In this document: positions 1 through 9,000 of the stretch, one piece after another
How the letters are laid out: every line of letters starts with the position of its first letter
Numbering within the stretch: position 1 is the first letter of the stretch
Assembly: GCA_964434225.1 (NCBI GenBank)
Contig: CAYSUM010000004.1
Location: 45,293-109,292, forward strand
Length of the DNA stretch: 64,000 bases
Direction: 5' to 3'
Source of the DNA: an uncultured Rhizobium sp.
Lineage (GTDB): Bacteria; Pseudomonadota; Alphaproteobacteria; Rickettsiales; UBA1997
Notes under the pieces: generated by a model
The model's input: the letters and a program-made list of their open reading frames with translations, nothing else
The model's database searches: none
What the model was told of the DNA's origin: nothing
Program-made: the position numbers and the translations under genes

Positions 1-2
1 CC

Positions 3-839
3 GCCGCTGCCGATATTGATCCAAAAATTATTGCGCGCGGAACTCCTGGATTTGCTGGCGCCGATTTAGCGAACTTAGTAAATGAAGGCGCATTAATGGC
101 CGCTCGCAAAAGTCAGCGTATGGTGACGATGCAAAATCTGGAAGAAGCTAAAGATAAGATCATGATGGGAACCGAAAGAAAATCGATGGTAATGATGAAA
201 TCGGAAAAAGAATTAACTGCGTATCACGAAGCTGGACACGCAATCACCGCACTTAATTGCAAAAATTCTGACCCAATCCACAAAGCTACAATCATCCCAA
301 GAGGACGCGCTTTGGGATTGGTTATGCGTTTGCCAGAAACCGATCGTTTTTCTGTTACTCGCGCCAAACTTCATGACGATTTAGTTGTGGCAATGGGCGG
401 ACGAGCTGCAGAAGAATTAATTTTTGGCTACGATCAAGTCACGACTGGCGCATCTTCTGATATTACCCAAGCAACTAATATGGCGCGTGGAATGGTAACG
501 CGCTGGGGTTTGAGCGACAAAGTTGGAACTATTGATTATTCTGAGGAAGATAGTTCGAAATTTTACGCCGCACAAAAAACTTTTTCAGAAGAGACTGGAA
601 AAGTTATTGATGACGAAGTTAAAAGAATTGTATCCGAAGCCTTGCAGCGCGCTAAACAAATTTTAGCTGAGAAAAAAGCTGATTTAGAAAAACTAGCACA
701 AAATCTTTTGGAATATGAAACTTTAAGCGGCGATGAAATCAAAGACTTATTGGCTGGAAAAGAAATCAGAAAAATTGCGATTGAAGATTCTGTCGTTCCA
801 GCAATTAATCATAGCCTAGTTCCAAAGGTTTCGGGTTAG
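3..839 (+). CDS. ftsH: ATP-dependent zinc metalloprotease FtsH, C-terminal part (5' end outside window)
   Basis: Frame is open from nt 3 (AAADIDPKIIARGTPGFAGADLANLVNEGAL...), followed by the HEAGHA zinc motif and M41 peptidase region. The listed ORF 96..839 is only the Met-initiated tail. Confidence 0.95.
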   Translation, partial: AAADIDPKIIARGTPGFAGADLANLVNEGALMAARKSQRMVTMQNLEEAKDKIMMGTERKSMVMMKSEKELTAYHEAGHAITALNCKNSDPIHKATIIPRGRALGLVMRLPETDRFSVTRAKLHDDLVVAMGGRAAEELIFGYDQVTTGASSDITQATNMARGMVTRWGLSDKVGTIDYSEEDSSKFYAAQKTFSEETGKVIDDEVKRIVSEALQRAKQILAEKKADLEKLAQNLLEYETLSGDEIKDLLAGKEIRKIAIEDSVVPAINHSLVPKVSG

Positions 840-853
840 AATTAATCAAAGTA

Positions 854-2668
854 ATGAAGAAAATAATCGCGACAATCCTGCTGCTAAGTTGCTCGGTAAG
901 CGCTTACGCAGCAACGGAAAGCGAACAACAAAACATCACCAATCAGCAAAATCAGGTTATTCAAAACCAGAGGCAGATTGAACATGAAAAAGAATTACAA
1001 GTTGAGCTCAAGCAAGTTATTACTGATCAGACCAAAAAAGAAGCGGAAGAAAAATTTGAACAAGATGATCTCTCGTATAATGACGGAAAAGTCGTGCAAA
1101 ATCTAAGATCAATCCAATGTTTTCGGCCGCGTATAATTACCTTTTCAAAAAATAATTTACTCACCTCGGCTGAAGAAAAATCGCTTTCAGAAAAATATCT
1201 CAACAAATGTTTGACTTTGGATTGGTTGCCAAAATTTGATCAAGAAGTTGCGGATCTTTTGTCTAGCAAAGGTTATATAACATCACGCTCGAGCAGCTCG
1301 CAGCAAAGCTTGATCGATGGTGATATGAAGGTACAGGTGATCGAATCTTACATCGAAAAAATTATTATTAATGACGATAACTTTCTCGACAAAGCACAGA
1401 TAAAAACAGTTTTTGGTTTTGATGATTTGCCCAAAGGCGGAAAGATTTTAAATATACACGATATCGAGCCAGCAATTGAGCGCATTAATCGCCTGTCTTC
1501 AAATAAGGCGACGGTAAAAATTATTCAAGGCAGCGCACCAAATAAGTCGATTGTTGTGATTGAAAATCATCCAAAAAATACCAGCAGATTAAATCTTTAT
1601 TATGATAATATTGGAAGCAAAACAACGGGCGTAAGGCGCGAAACTATTGCATTAGCGCAAGACAATTTATTGCATTTGAACGATAGTTTTAATTTAAGCA
1701 GAACGGCAAATGATTTCGATCCCAAAAATGACAAGCGCTACAACAACTCAACAAATGGCAGTTGGTCGGTGCCTTTTGGTAAACATATTTTTACTTTTAG
1801 CGGTGGAAAAAATTCCTATTTCTTTTTAACAGGATCAACTGGAAACGTTCGCGCCAGCGGCTTTACACTAACAAAAGCCGTTGCGATGGAAAGCGGTTTG
1901 ATCAAAGAAAAAACCTACAAAATCAATTCCAATTTCTCTTTAAATAATCGCGACAATCAAATTTTCACCGACGAATTGCGCAACGAAACTCAAAGCAGAA
2001 AATCTACAATCGCTACTCTGGCGATATCCAATACTTTGTTGCTTGATTCGGCGACATTATTTTTAAAACCCTCTTACAGCAAATCTTTAAATATTTTGAA
2101 TGCCAAACAAGATGATGACACAACCGCGCAATTCATGCCTCACGCTGATTTGAATATTTTTAGATTTTATGCAAATTATGCTAAAAAATTTGTGATTTTA
2201 AAATCAAAAACTCCAGCTTCTTACAATTTTAGTTTCGACAGTCAGATGTCAAAAAATCATCTTTATATCATTGATCAATTTTCTTCTGGTGGTTTTTATT
2301 CTGTACGCGGATTCAGGCAGGGCAGCATTTCAGGCGATTCTGGTTTTAATATTCGTAACGAATTTACCATAAATTTAGGTCAATTAATTTTGCCTCAAAT
2401 TAGTGAAGAAAAAAAATCTGCCAATCTTGCGCGCCTAAATTATTTTTCTGCGACGCCATTTTATGATTACGGCCATGTGCAAAATCGCGGTATCGCCAAC
2501 GGCGGTCGTTTAAGCAGCGCGGGTTTAAAAATTGGGTTTAGCAAACAAAACATCAAGGCATCAATGACTTTTGCGCATACAATATCTCGCTCAAGAATGT
2601 TGACGCGAGGTTATGGCGAAGGAGATACAGTCTATTTTGATTTAGGAACGGAATTGAGTTTTTTTTAG
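854..2668 (+). CDS. ShlB/FhaC/HecB-family two-partner-secretion outer-membrane transporter (TpsB)
   Basis: 604 aa with a signal peptide (LLLSCSVSAYA). Family-typical motifs YYDNIGSKTTG and GGFYSVRGF...GDSGF are present, and the C-terminus is aromatic (LSFF). Confidence 0.8.
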   Translation: MKKIIATILLLSCSVSAYAATESEQQNITNQQNQVIQNQRQIEHEKELQVELKQVITDQTKKEAEEKFEQDDLSYNDGKVVQNLRSIQCFRPRIITFSKNNLLTSAEEKSLSEKYLNKCLTLDWLPKFDQEVADLLSSKGYITSRSSSSQQSLIDGDMKVQVIESYIEKIIINDDNFLDKAQIKTVFGFDDLPKGGKILNIHDIEPAIERINRLSSNKATVKIIQGSAPNKSIVVIENHPKNTSRLNLYYDNIGSKTTGVRRETIALAQDNLLHLNDSFNLSRTANDFDPKNDKRYNNSTNGSWSVPFGKHIFTFSGGKNSYFFLTGSTGNVRASGFTLTKAVAMESGLIKEKTYKINSNFSLNNRDNQIFTDELRNETQSRKSTIATLAISNTLLLDSATLFLKPSYSKSLNILNAKQDDDTTAQFMPHADLNIFRFYANYAKKFVILKSKTPASYNFSFDSQMSKNHLYIIDQFSSGGFYSVRGFRQGSISGDSGFNIRNEFTINLGQLILPQISEEKKSANLARLNYFSATPFYDYGHVQNRGIANGGRLSSAGLKIGFSKQNIKASMTFAHTISRSRMLTRGYGEGDTVYFDLGTELSFF

Positions 2669-2679
2669 AAGATTTGGTG

Positions 2680-2731
2680 CTGCGCTTGCAATGACGGGTA
2701 AGTTTGAGGCAGTTGTGACGCGCAGATTTTT
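2680..2731 (+). terminator. Imperfect hairpin plus ATTTTT between convergent genes
   Basis: ctgcgc (2680-2685) pairs with gcgcag (2720-2725), with partial inner pairing, followed by attttt. Confidence 0.35.
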
Positions 2732-2734
2732 CAC

Positions 2735-3301
2735 TCAAAAAAAATCACAGGAAATTTTCTCTTCATTTTCTTTCAGCCATTTAGAAGCGACAAAATAACT
2801 AGAACTTTTGCGCGACTCTTCTTTAAAAACTTCATCCAAAACAATGTCTTCGCGCGAAAGAAATAATATTTTTCTTTCGGCCAAATCACCAATCAAGTCA
2901 ATGCGATCATTTTTCGCGAGGTTGTTGCGACTTTCTTCAATTAATTTTCCAGCGCAAATTCCAAACAAATTATTTCCCAAATCTTTCATCATTTCCAGAG
3001 TTGAATCTTGATGTGGTTTAAAAATGACTTCGGCGATTTCGTTAGTTTTTCCCAAAAAAATTGTGATATTTTTTGCAGCATTTTCGGTGAAGAAAAAAGT
3101 TCGAAATGTCGAATAAATTAAACTTGCGGCATAAGCGTGTTTTACTGCATTCGCAGTAGATTTTGGCATTGATCTTTCTAAGACTTCTTTGGTTGCAATT
3201 TTTTCAAAAAATAAATTGTTAGAAAGCACGACAGAAATTTCAGCTGCGGCAAGAAAAAGTGCCGTGAAAACAAAAATATTTTTTAATTTTTTACGAAACA
3301 T
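2735..3301 (-). CDS. Hypothetical membrane-anchored protein
   Basis: 188-aa ORF with an N-terminal hydrophobic helix (IFVFTALFLAAAEISVVL). I recognise no family with confidence. Confidence 0.5.
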   Translation of the reverse strand: MFRKKLKNIFVFTALFLAAAEISVVLSNNLFFEKIATKEVLERSMPKSTANAVKHAYAASLIYSTFRTFFFTENAAKNITIFLGKTNEIAEVIFKPHQDSTLEMMKDLGNNLFGICAGKLIEESRNNLAKNDRIDLIGDLAERKILFLSREDIVLDEVFKEESRKSSSYFVASKWLKENEEKISCDFF

Positions 3302-3387
3302 TTAAGGAAAAATTAATTAAGAGATCTTAAAAAGATTGTGACGGAAGACTCGCCAACAAAGCCCAGCGGAATTATCAAAATAACAAA

Positions 3388-5019
3388 ATGCTGAAGAAAA
3401 ATATTTTTATGATCAAAATTACGGATCTTTTTTTAATAATTATCAGTTCGATTTTAATCGGAATTTTTTACAATCTCAAAACTATCGAATCCGAATTTTT
3501 ACTATGTTTTCAAGATTTGTCATTCTTGAAGATTGCAACATTCTTGCTGGAAATTGCTGCGATTATTTCGGTGCTTTTGGTGTTTTTTTTGGCACTTAGT
3601 TTTAACAAAATTTTGTTAAAAACTTTTCTGATTTTAACTATTTTTATTTCAACTGGCTATCTTTACGTTCTAAATAAATTTGGCACTATCCTTGACGGAG
3701 CCATGATTGCCAATGCTTTGGAAAGCGCTGGTCATGCCGATGAAGTTATTGATTATTCTTTGGGAATTTATTTTTTCTTTTTCGCTTTAGTTCCAGCGTT
3801 GCTGATTTTTCGAGTTGAAATTTCTAAAATTAATCTTCGCAAAAAAATTATTATCAGCGTCGCCAATATAATATTTCTTGCTTTTTTGCAGGTGACATTT
3901 TCTGCCGATAAAATCTTAAAAATTGCCTTTGTGCAATATTCTCCCGCAAATTATGGCACTGCAATTTATGAATATTTTGATCGCTTCCACAATCAATTGC
4001 GGCAAGGAAAAGATCGTCGTTCTTTAAGCGAATTTTATAAATTTCAGCGCGAAAAAGATCCAAAAAATTTTAATGTAATATTGATTATTGGTGAATCTCT
4101 GCGCGCAGATCATTTGGGCTTGAATGGTTACGAAAGAAATACCACGCCGCTTTTATCAGCAACTCCTAATCTTCTAAATTATACAATTTCAGCTTCATTT
4201 AACACCACAACAAGGTCGGTAACTTCAATGTTATCCCATCGCACCAAAGATAATTTTGTTGATATTCCGCCAGAAAAAAGTGTGGTTTCGGTGTTCAAAG
4301 ATTTGGGATTTAAAACTTATTGGTATTCGGCGCAAAGTTCGAAAGAATTTCATAACGGCATGTTAAATATTATGGCGGCGGAAGCTGACGACTATTTTTT
4401 TCGCGATCGCTTATTATCTTCACTTAGATCTCACAAAATTTATGACGAAGCTTTGATTCCTCATTTGCAAAGCGCGCTAAAAAATGGCGGACATAATTTT
4501 ATCGTGCTCCATAGCTTTGGTAATCACATAAGATTTCACGAAAGACATCCTGAAAGCTTTACTGTCTATGTCCCAGAATGTCAGTTGCTGCCGTCTTCTT
4601 GTCCGAAAAAAGATGTGAATAATAGTTACGATAATAGCGTTTTATACACCGATTATTTTGTCTCGAGTGTCATCAAATCTTTGGAAGGCACTAATTCAAT
4701 TTTATTTTTTGCATCCGATCACGGAGCGTTTCTGGGAGAAAATGGTATTTACGCCAATGGCGGCGGAGATGTTGCAAATCTTGATCCGGTCAAAAAAGTT
4801 CCGATGTTTTTTTATATGACCGATCAATTGCGGCGCGATAAGTTTTTCCACAAAAAATTTGTGTCCGCTGCAAAAAAAACCAAACTTACAAATTTGTCGC
4901 ACGATAATTTATTTGATTCTCTACTCGATTGTTCTGGCGTAAAATCTGAATTATTTGATCGAGATTTGAGTATTTGTAAAACCGATCGCAGTAACGAAAG
5001 ATTTTTGAGGAAAAACTAA
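3388..5019 (+). CDS. eptA: Phosphoethanolamine transferase (EptA/sulfatase family, lipid A/LPS modification)
   Basis: 543 aa. The N-terminal part has multiple TM helices, followed by a sulfatase domain with the GESLRADHLGLNGYERNTTP motif typical of EptA-type enzymes. Confidence 0.75.
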   Translation: MLKKNIFMIKITDLFLIIISSILIGIFYNLKTIESEFLLCFQDLSFLKIATFLLEIAAIISVLLVFFLALSFNKILLKTFLILTIFISTGYLYVLNKFGTILDGAMIANALESAGHADEVIDYSLGIYFFFFALVPALLIFRVEISKINLRKKIIISVANIIFLAFLQVTFSADKILKIAFVQYSPANYGTAIYEYFDRFHNQLRQGKDRRSLSEFYKFQREKDPKNFNVILIIGESLRADHLGLNGYERNTTPLLSATPNLLNYTISASFNTTTRSVTSMLSHRTKDNFVDIPPEKSVVSVFKDLGFKTYWYSAQSSKEFHNGMLNIMAAEADDYFFRDRLLSSLRSHKIYDEALIPHLQSALKNGGHNFIVLHSFGNHIRFHERHPESFTVYVPECQLLPSSCPKKDVNNSYDNSVLYTDYFVSSVIKSLEGTNSILFFASDHGAFLGENGIYANGGGDVANLDPVKKVPMFFYMTDQLRRDKFFHKKFVSAAKKTKLTNLSHDNLFDSLLDCSGVKSELFDRDLSICKTDRSNERFLRKN

Positions 5020-5063
5020 AAAGACAAAGTTAATGCGATCAATGGATTTGTGGTTCGGTATAG
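4984..5063. repeat. Short copy of the palindromic element family also seen at 6127-6287; overlaps the 3' end of the eptA-like gene
   Basis: gatcgcagtaacgaaagatttttgaggaaaaactaa...gttaatgcgatcaatggatttgtggttcggtata is near-identical to both arms of the 6127-6287 element. The central hairpin is missing. Confidence 0.7.
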
Positions 5064-5080
5064 TTCTTTCTTTATTTTGT

Positions 5081-5118
5081 AGCGCAGCAACCCATTATTA
5101 TTAACGGTTTGCTGCGCT
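5081..5118. terminator. Hairpin between convergent genes (possible bidirectional terminator)
   Basis: agcgcagcaacc (5081-5092) pairs with ggtttgctgcgct (5106-5118). The flanks are T-rich. Confidence 0.5.
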
Positions 5119-5135
5119 TAGTTTGCGAGTAGGAA

Positions 5136-5735
5136 TTATTTTTTCTTCGCCAGTTTCACAACAATTTGATTATCTTTGCGAATAATTTCTGGCTCTTTTT
5201 TTAAGTCATATTGAGGCACTAAAAAAGAATAATAAAAACTTGTCGACAAGCTTGAATCTAGCTCTTTATCACTTTCCGATTTTTTATTTTCTGCAAAAAA
5301 ATTCAGAACATTATTTTTGATTGCCACCACGATTTCTTCTTTTTTAAATCCAGAAAAATCGAGTTGATAATAATAGCTGTCGGAATCGTCGCTGGAGGTA
5401 ACTTTCGAAACATTGCCGCGCTCAGAATCTTTTTGCGCTCTATCAAAAATTTCTCTCATATGTCTTTGGTGATTCGCTAAATCTTCATTTATCTTTTTTT
5501 CCATTTCGCGCATATCGGCAAAAGCTATGCTGGGGAAAAAGGGAAAATCATCTTGAACTAAAAAATATTGCTGTCGCGTTTTAGAGAAATTTTGGACGGC
5601 TAAAGTTGATCCAACGCCAAGCAAAAAGCAGATTACAATAATTAATGGTTTTGATGGATGAAAATTTTTCCAGCAGCTTTTTAGTTTTTTAAAAATGCTT
5701 CGAAGATTTTGTGGGTTTTGATTAATTTCGCTCAT
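5136..5735 (-). CDS. Hsp20/alpha-crystallin-domain protein with N-terminal TM anchor
   Basis: YYYQLDFSGFKKEEIVVAIKNNVLNFFAENKK matches the alpha-crystallin-domain pattern. There is a hydrophobic helix LIIVICFLLGVGSTLAV. Confidence 0.55.
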   Translation of the reverse strand: MSEINQNPQNLRSIFKKLKSCWKNFHPSKPLIIVICFLLGVGSTLAVQNFSKTRQQYFLVQDDFPFFPSIAFADMREMEKKINEDLANHQRHMREIFDRAQKDSERGNVSKVTSSDDSDSYYYQLDFSGFKKEEIVVAIKNNVLNFFAENKKSESDKELDSSLSTSFYYSFLVPQYDLKKEPEIIRKDNQIVVKLAKKK

Positions 5736-5767
5736 AAAAAAATGAATTGGATTAATAAAACATTTTA

Positions 5768-5940
5768 ACCCAGATCTGTTATTAAAAATTCAGGATACTT
5801 CGGCTAAAGCTTGAAAATGAAGGGCAAAACAATGTTTTTAAACCGAAGCTTAATTGTAAGTGCGGATTTAAAACATTGTTTCAACCGCGCAGTTTCAAGA
5901 TCTGGACGAAGTAGGCGAATTTCTAATGACAGATCTAGGT
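5768..5940. repeat. 173-bp nested palindromic element (MITE/RPE-like)
   Basis: Terminal inverted repeat acccagatctgttattaaaaattc / gaatttctaatgacagatctaggt (21/24 complementary). An inner inverted repeat is aaacaatgtttttaaa / tttaaaacattgttt. Confidence 0.7.
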
Positions 5941-6126
5941 TTGACGGCTGTAGTTCTTACAACTTACCAACGATCTAATTTTGCTTTTTGCGAATTTCAA
6001 GAGCGGTGTCGTAAATTTTTTTATAAGCCAGAAGCTTTATTCTTGTGATCTGAGGTCTTTAATTTGCTGGTTTTTCTAATGTTAATTTGTGACATTCCAC
6101 AATCTTTCAAAATTTTTTTAAGAGAC

Positions 6127-6287
6127 TATACCAAACTACAAATCTATTGATCGTAGTAACGAAGTATTTTTGAGGAAAAACTAAAACTTAAAAAACTTGC
6201 TGTATCAATATACCGCTGGTTTTTTAAGTTTTAGTTTTTACCAAAAAAACGAAGTTAATGCGATCAATAGATCTGTAGTTTGGTATA
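6127..6287. repeat. 161-bp nested palindromic element (MITE/RPE-like), full-length copy
   Basis: Terminal IR tataccaaactacaaatctattgatcg / cgatcaatagatctgtagtttggtata has 1 mismatch. The inner IR is aaaaactaaaacttaaaaaac / ggttttttaagttttagttttt. Confidence 0.8.
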
Positions 6288-6388
6288 ACTTGTTTATTTG
6301 CTTTTCTGCCTAAACTAGCAAAAGCTAAGTTGACGAAGGCTCATCAGTAAGTTATTCTTGTCATCGATTAACAAAATTTCTCTTATTT

Positions 6389-6757
6389 ATGGAAAATAAT
6401 AACGCTACCAAGGGTGTTCAAAAAGCTATCGATGTCGAATTTTTGCGCAGCATCATCGAAAACGATTTTGAATTTGAGAAAGAGCTTTTTGCAATTTTTA
6501 CCGATAACGCTCAGCACAATATTGAAAAAATGGAAGATGCGATAAAAAAATCAAACGACAATTCTTGGTACATGGCGTCTCACGCGTTTAAAGGCGCCTC
6601 AGCTTCGATTGGTGCTTTTGATTTGTCAAAAATTTTGGAATATGCTCAAAAACATCCTGATGAAAATTACGAACAAAAAACGAAATTGTTGAATAAAATT
6701 AAAGACGAATTGAGTTTGGTAATAAAATTTATCAACGAAGAAGCGCCAAAGAGATAA
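6389..6757 (+). CDS. Histidine phosphotransfer (Hpt) domain protein
   Basis: 122 aa with the Hpt signature HAFKGASASIGA. Confidence 0.7.
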   Translation: MENNNATKGVQKAIDVEFLRSIIENDFEFEKELFAIFTDNAQHNIEKMEDAIKKSNDNSWYMASHAFKGASASIGAFDLSKILEYAQKHPDENYEQKTKLLNKIKDELSLVIKFINEEAPKR

Positions 6758-6765
6758 TAAATTTA

Positions 6766-6799
6766 AAAGCCCGAGCGCATCAAGTGTCTTGGGCTTTTT
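6766..6799 (+). terminator. Rho-independent terminator after the Hpt gene
   Basis: aagcccgag...cttgggctt stem followed by tttttgtt. Confidence 0.65.
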
Positions 6800-6873
6800 G
6801 TTGCGCCTTGTTATTTTGACCGAAGATTCTACTTTGCTGACCTTCCTATTTTGCTGATAAAACTTAATTCAAA

Positions 6874-7806
6874 ATGAATATTATTCTTGCCAAGCCGCGC
6901 GGATTTTGCGCTGGCGTTACTCGCGCGATTGAAACTGTAGAGAAGGCAATCGCCAAATTTGGCGCTCCCGTTTATGTGCGTCACGAAATTGTTCATAATA
7001 AATTTGTCGTTGAATCGCTGCGTAAAAAAGGCGCGATTTTTGTTGATGAGGTTGATCAAATTCCAGTTGGCGCGATCACAATTTTTTCAGCTCACGGTGT
7101 TTCAGATCGCGTAGAAGAAGATTCTCTTAAACGTGGATTAGACGTAATTGACGCCACTTGTCCTTTGGTTAGCAAAGTTCATCGCGAAGCAAAAAAATAC
7201 GAAGAAGAAGGTTACGAAATTATTCTGATTGGACATCGCGGACATCCCGAAGTTGAAGGCACGTCAGGTCGCGTAAAGAAAGAAGTAATTTTGGTGACCG
7301 ACGAAAATGATGCGCGCACGATTGAAATCAAAAATCCTGAGAAAATTTCTTACGTTACGCAAACCACTTTGAGTGTCGATGATACGCAAAAAATTGTACG
7401 GATTCTAGAGCAAAGATTTCCACAAATGCAGCAAGGTTTAGCGACGAAAGATATTTGCTACGCAACACAAAACAGACAAGATGCAGTTCGCGATCTTTCG
7501 AAAATGGTTGATGTTTTGTTGGTAATTGGTGCGGCAAATAGTTCAAATTCGAATCGTCTGCGCGATCTTGGCGAAGAATGTGGTTTAAAATCTTATTTAA
7601 TTAATGGCGCGATCGATATTGATCCGAAATGGCTGGATAATGCAAAAAATATTGGGCTTACCGCCGGAGCCTCGGCGCCAGAGGTTTTGGTGCAGGAAGT
7701 AATTAATAAAATTAAAGAGCTTTCGCCGACAGAAGTTGTGGTTTCAGATATGAACGGCATTACGGAAAATACTTTTTTTGTGTTGCCAAGAAAGGTTAGA
7801 AAATAA
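6874..7806 (+). CDS. ispH: 4-hydroxy-3-methylbut-2-enyl diphosphate reductase
   Basis: MNIILAKPRGFCAGVTRAIETVEKA plus conserved IspH/LytB blocks (HEIVHN, ATCPLVSKVH, SSNSNRL). Confidence 0.95.
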   Translation: MNIILAKPRGFCAGVTRAIETVEKAIAKFGAPVYVRHEIVHNKFVVESLRKKGAIFVDEVDQIPVGAITIFSAHGVSDRVEEDSLKRGLDVIDATCPLVSKVHREAKKYEEEGYEIILIGHRGHPEVEGTSGRVKKEVILVTDENDARTIEIKNPEKISYVTQTTLSVDDTQKIVRILEQRFPQMQQGLATKDICYATQNRQDAVRDLSKMVDVLLVIGAANSSNSNRLRDLGEECGLKSYLINGAIDIDPKWLDNAKNIGLTAGASAPEVLVQEVINKIKELSPTEVVVSDMNGITENTFFVLPRKVRK

Positions 7807-8067
7807 CTCTGCGCTTGGCGACGAACTATCAGATAAAAATTATTGCAGTTTTACCTAGTCAAAAGATACTGGGGGCGCCTGCAAATTTCGGCATCAAAGT
7901 TTTTTAAAAAAATGACCAAGCTTCAAATCACTTCACATCAATATTCTCGCCTCTTCGCATCCCTTCGCGCTGCCGCTTCTTTAAGCTGTTGTTGTTAATT
8001 CTCCTCTAGTTTTCTTCTCTTCTTATTTTCCTCGCGTCAAATTTAAGACGCTTTCTTCGCAATATTT

Positions 8068-8436
8068 ATGTTCACAAAAACTCTCTCAGCTCTTGCTATT
8101 ATAGCATTTGGGCAAATTAATTTTCTTATACAAAGCCACGAATTTTTGTCGCAAAAGATCAGAGAAACTAATTATAAAATCGCGCAGAATCCGCACTGGC
8201 CTAAGGACGATAAAGATAGCAAAAAATTTTCTACCAATCCACAAAAGCAATTTTCGACTCGAATCAGAAAGTTAAAACAGCCAGATTTGCAGAAAATTTT
8301 ATTATTAGGTGTGGAGCAAGAAGATGAGCAAATATTGATCGCAAAGGTCAAAGCATTTGCTAAATATGAAGTGCGCGTGGTGCGCGACTTCAATGTAGAA
8401 AAACTAGTTTTGTTTGGTTGTTGTTTACTGAGCTAA
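8068..8436 (+). CDS. Hypothetical protein (doubtful ORF)
   Basis: This is the only ORF in a 620-bp gap. It has no recognisable motifs and its end overlaps the convergent lipoprotein gene. Confidence 0.2.
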   Translation: MFTKTLSALAIIAFGQINFLIQSHEFLSQKIRETNYKIAQNPHWPKDDKDSKKFSTNPQKQFSTRIRKLKQPDLQKILLLGVEQEDEQILIAKVKAFAKYEVRVVRDFNVEKLVLFGCCLLS

Positions 8437-8988
8437 CGTTTTTAATAAATCAGGATTGCTCAAAATATCGTGAGTGATTTCTTGCAACATGCCGTTAATC
8501 GTAGATGAATCGGTTGATTCAAGCGGCGCGATAAAATGTTTATTATTTAGCGATAAGCTAAAATTCTTAGTCACGACAGATTTGTTTTTGGTATTTTTAA
8601 CCACAACTTTAACCACCGCAATTCCTTCTGAAGTTCCGACCGGAAATCCGCGTTTTGCCAGATAATGCAGCTGCTCAAGATGAATTTCGACAACCTTATC
8701 ATTTCCCTTTTTAAAGCCTTTTGCGATTAAATTTTGCTCAACTTTTTGAGTTAATAAAAGCGCAACATTTTCTTGGCTGATGATTTTAATTTTTTCATCA
8801 CTGCTAAATTCTTTAGTACCAAGAATGCTGTCATTGGCGCGCTCGTCAAACACCATCAAATCTAGTTTGGCGCCATTTCCGATATTAGATTTTGTATCGT
8901 CAAGACGAAGAGTCAGATTGATTTTTTGATTCTCATGGGTGCATGAAGTTCCTAAAAATAAAACTGCAACCAGTAATAATTTTTTCAT
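8425..8988 (-). CDS. YajG-like lipoprotein
   Basis: Lipobox LFLGTSC. Length and block pattern resemble E. coli YajG as I recall it. Confidence 0.45.
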   Translation of the reverse strand: MKKLLLVAVLFLGTSCTHENQKINLTLRLDDTKSNIGNGAKLDLMVFDERANDSILGTKEFSSDEKIKIISQENVALLLTQKVEQNLIAKGFKKGNDKVVEIHLEQLHYLAKRGFPVGTSEGIAVVKVVVKNTKNKSVVTKNFSLSLNNKHFIAPLESTDSSTINGMLQEITHDILSNPDLLKTLAQ

Positions 8989-9000
8989 AAATTCCTAAAT

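Noticed and set aside
7807-8067. Possible small RNA or shared promoter motif (gctgttgttgtta also at 60255-60267) in long pyrimidine-rich spacers
   Set aside because: The evidence is a 13-nt match between two spacers in an AT-rich genome. There is no secondary structure or recognisable SRP, tmRNA, RNase P or 6S signature, so it is too weak to call.
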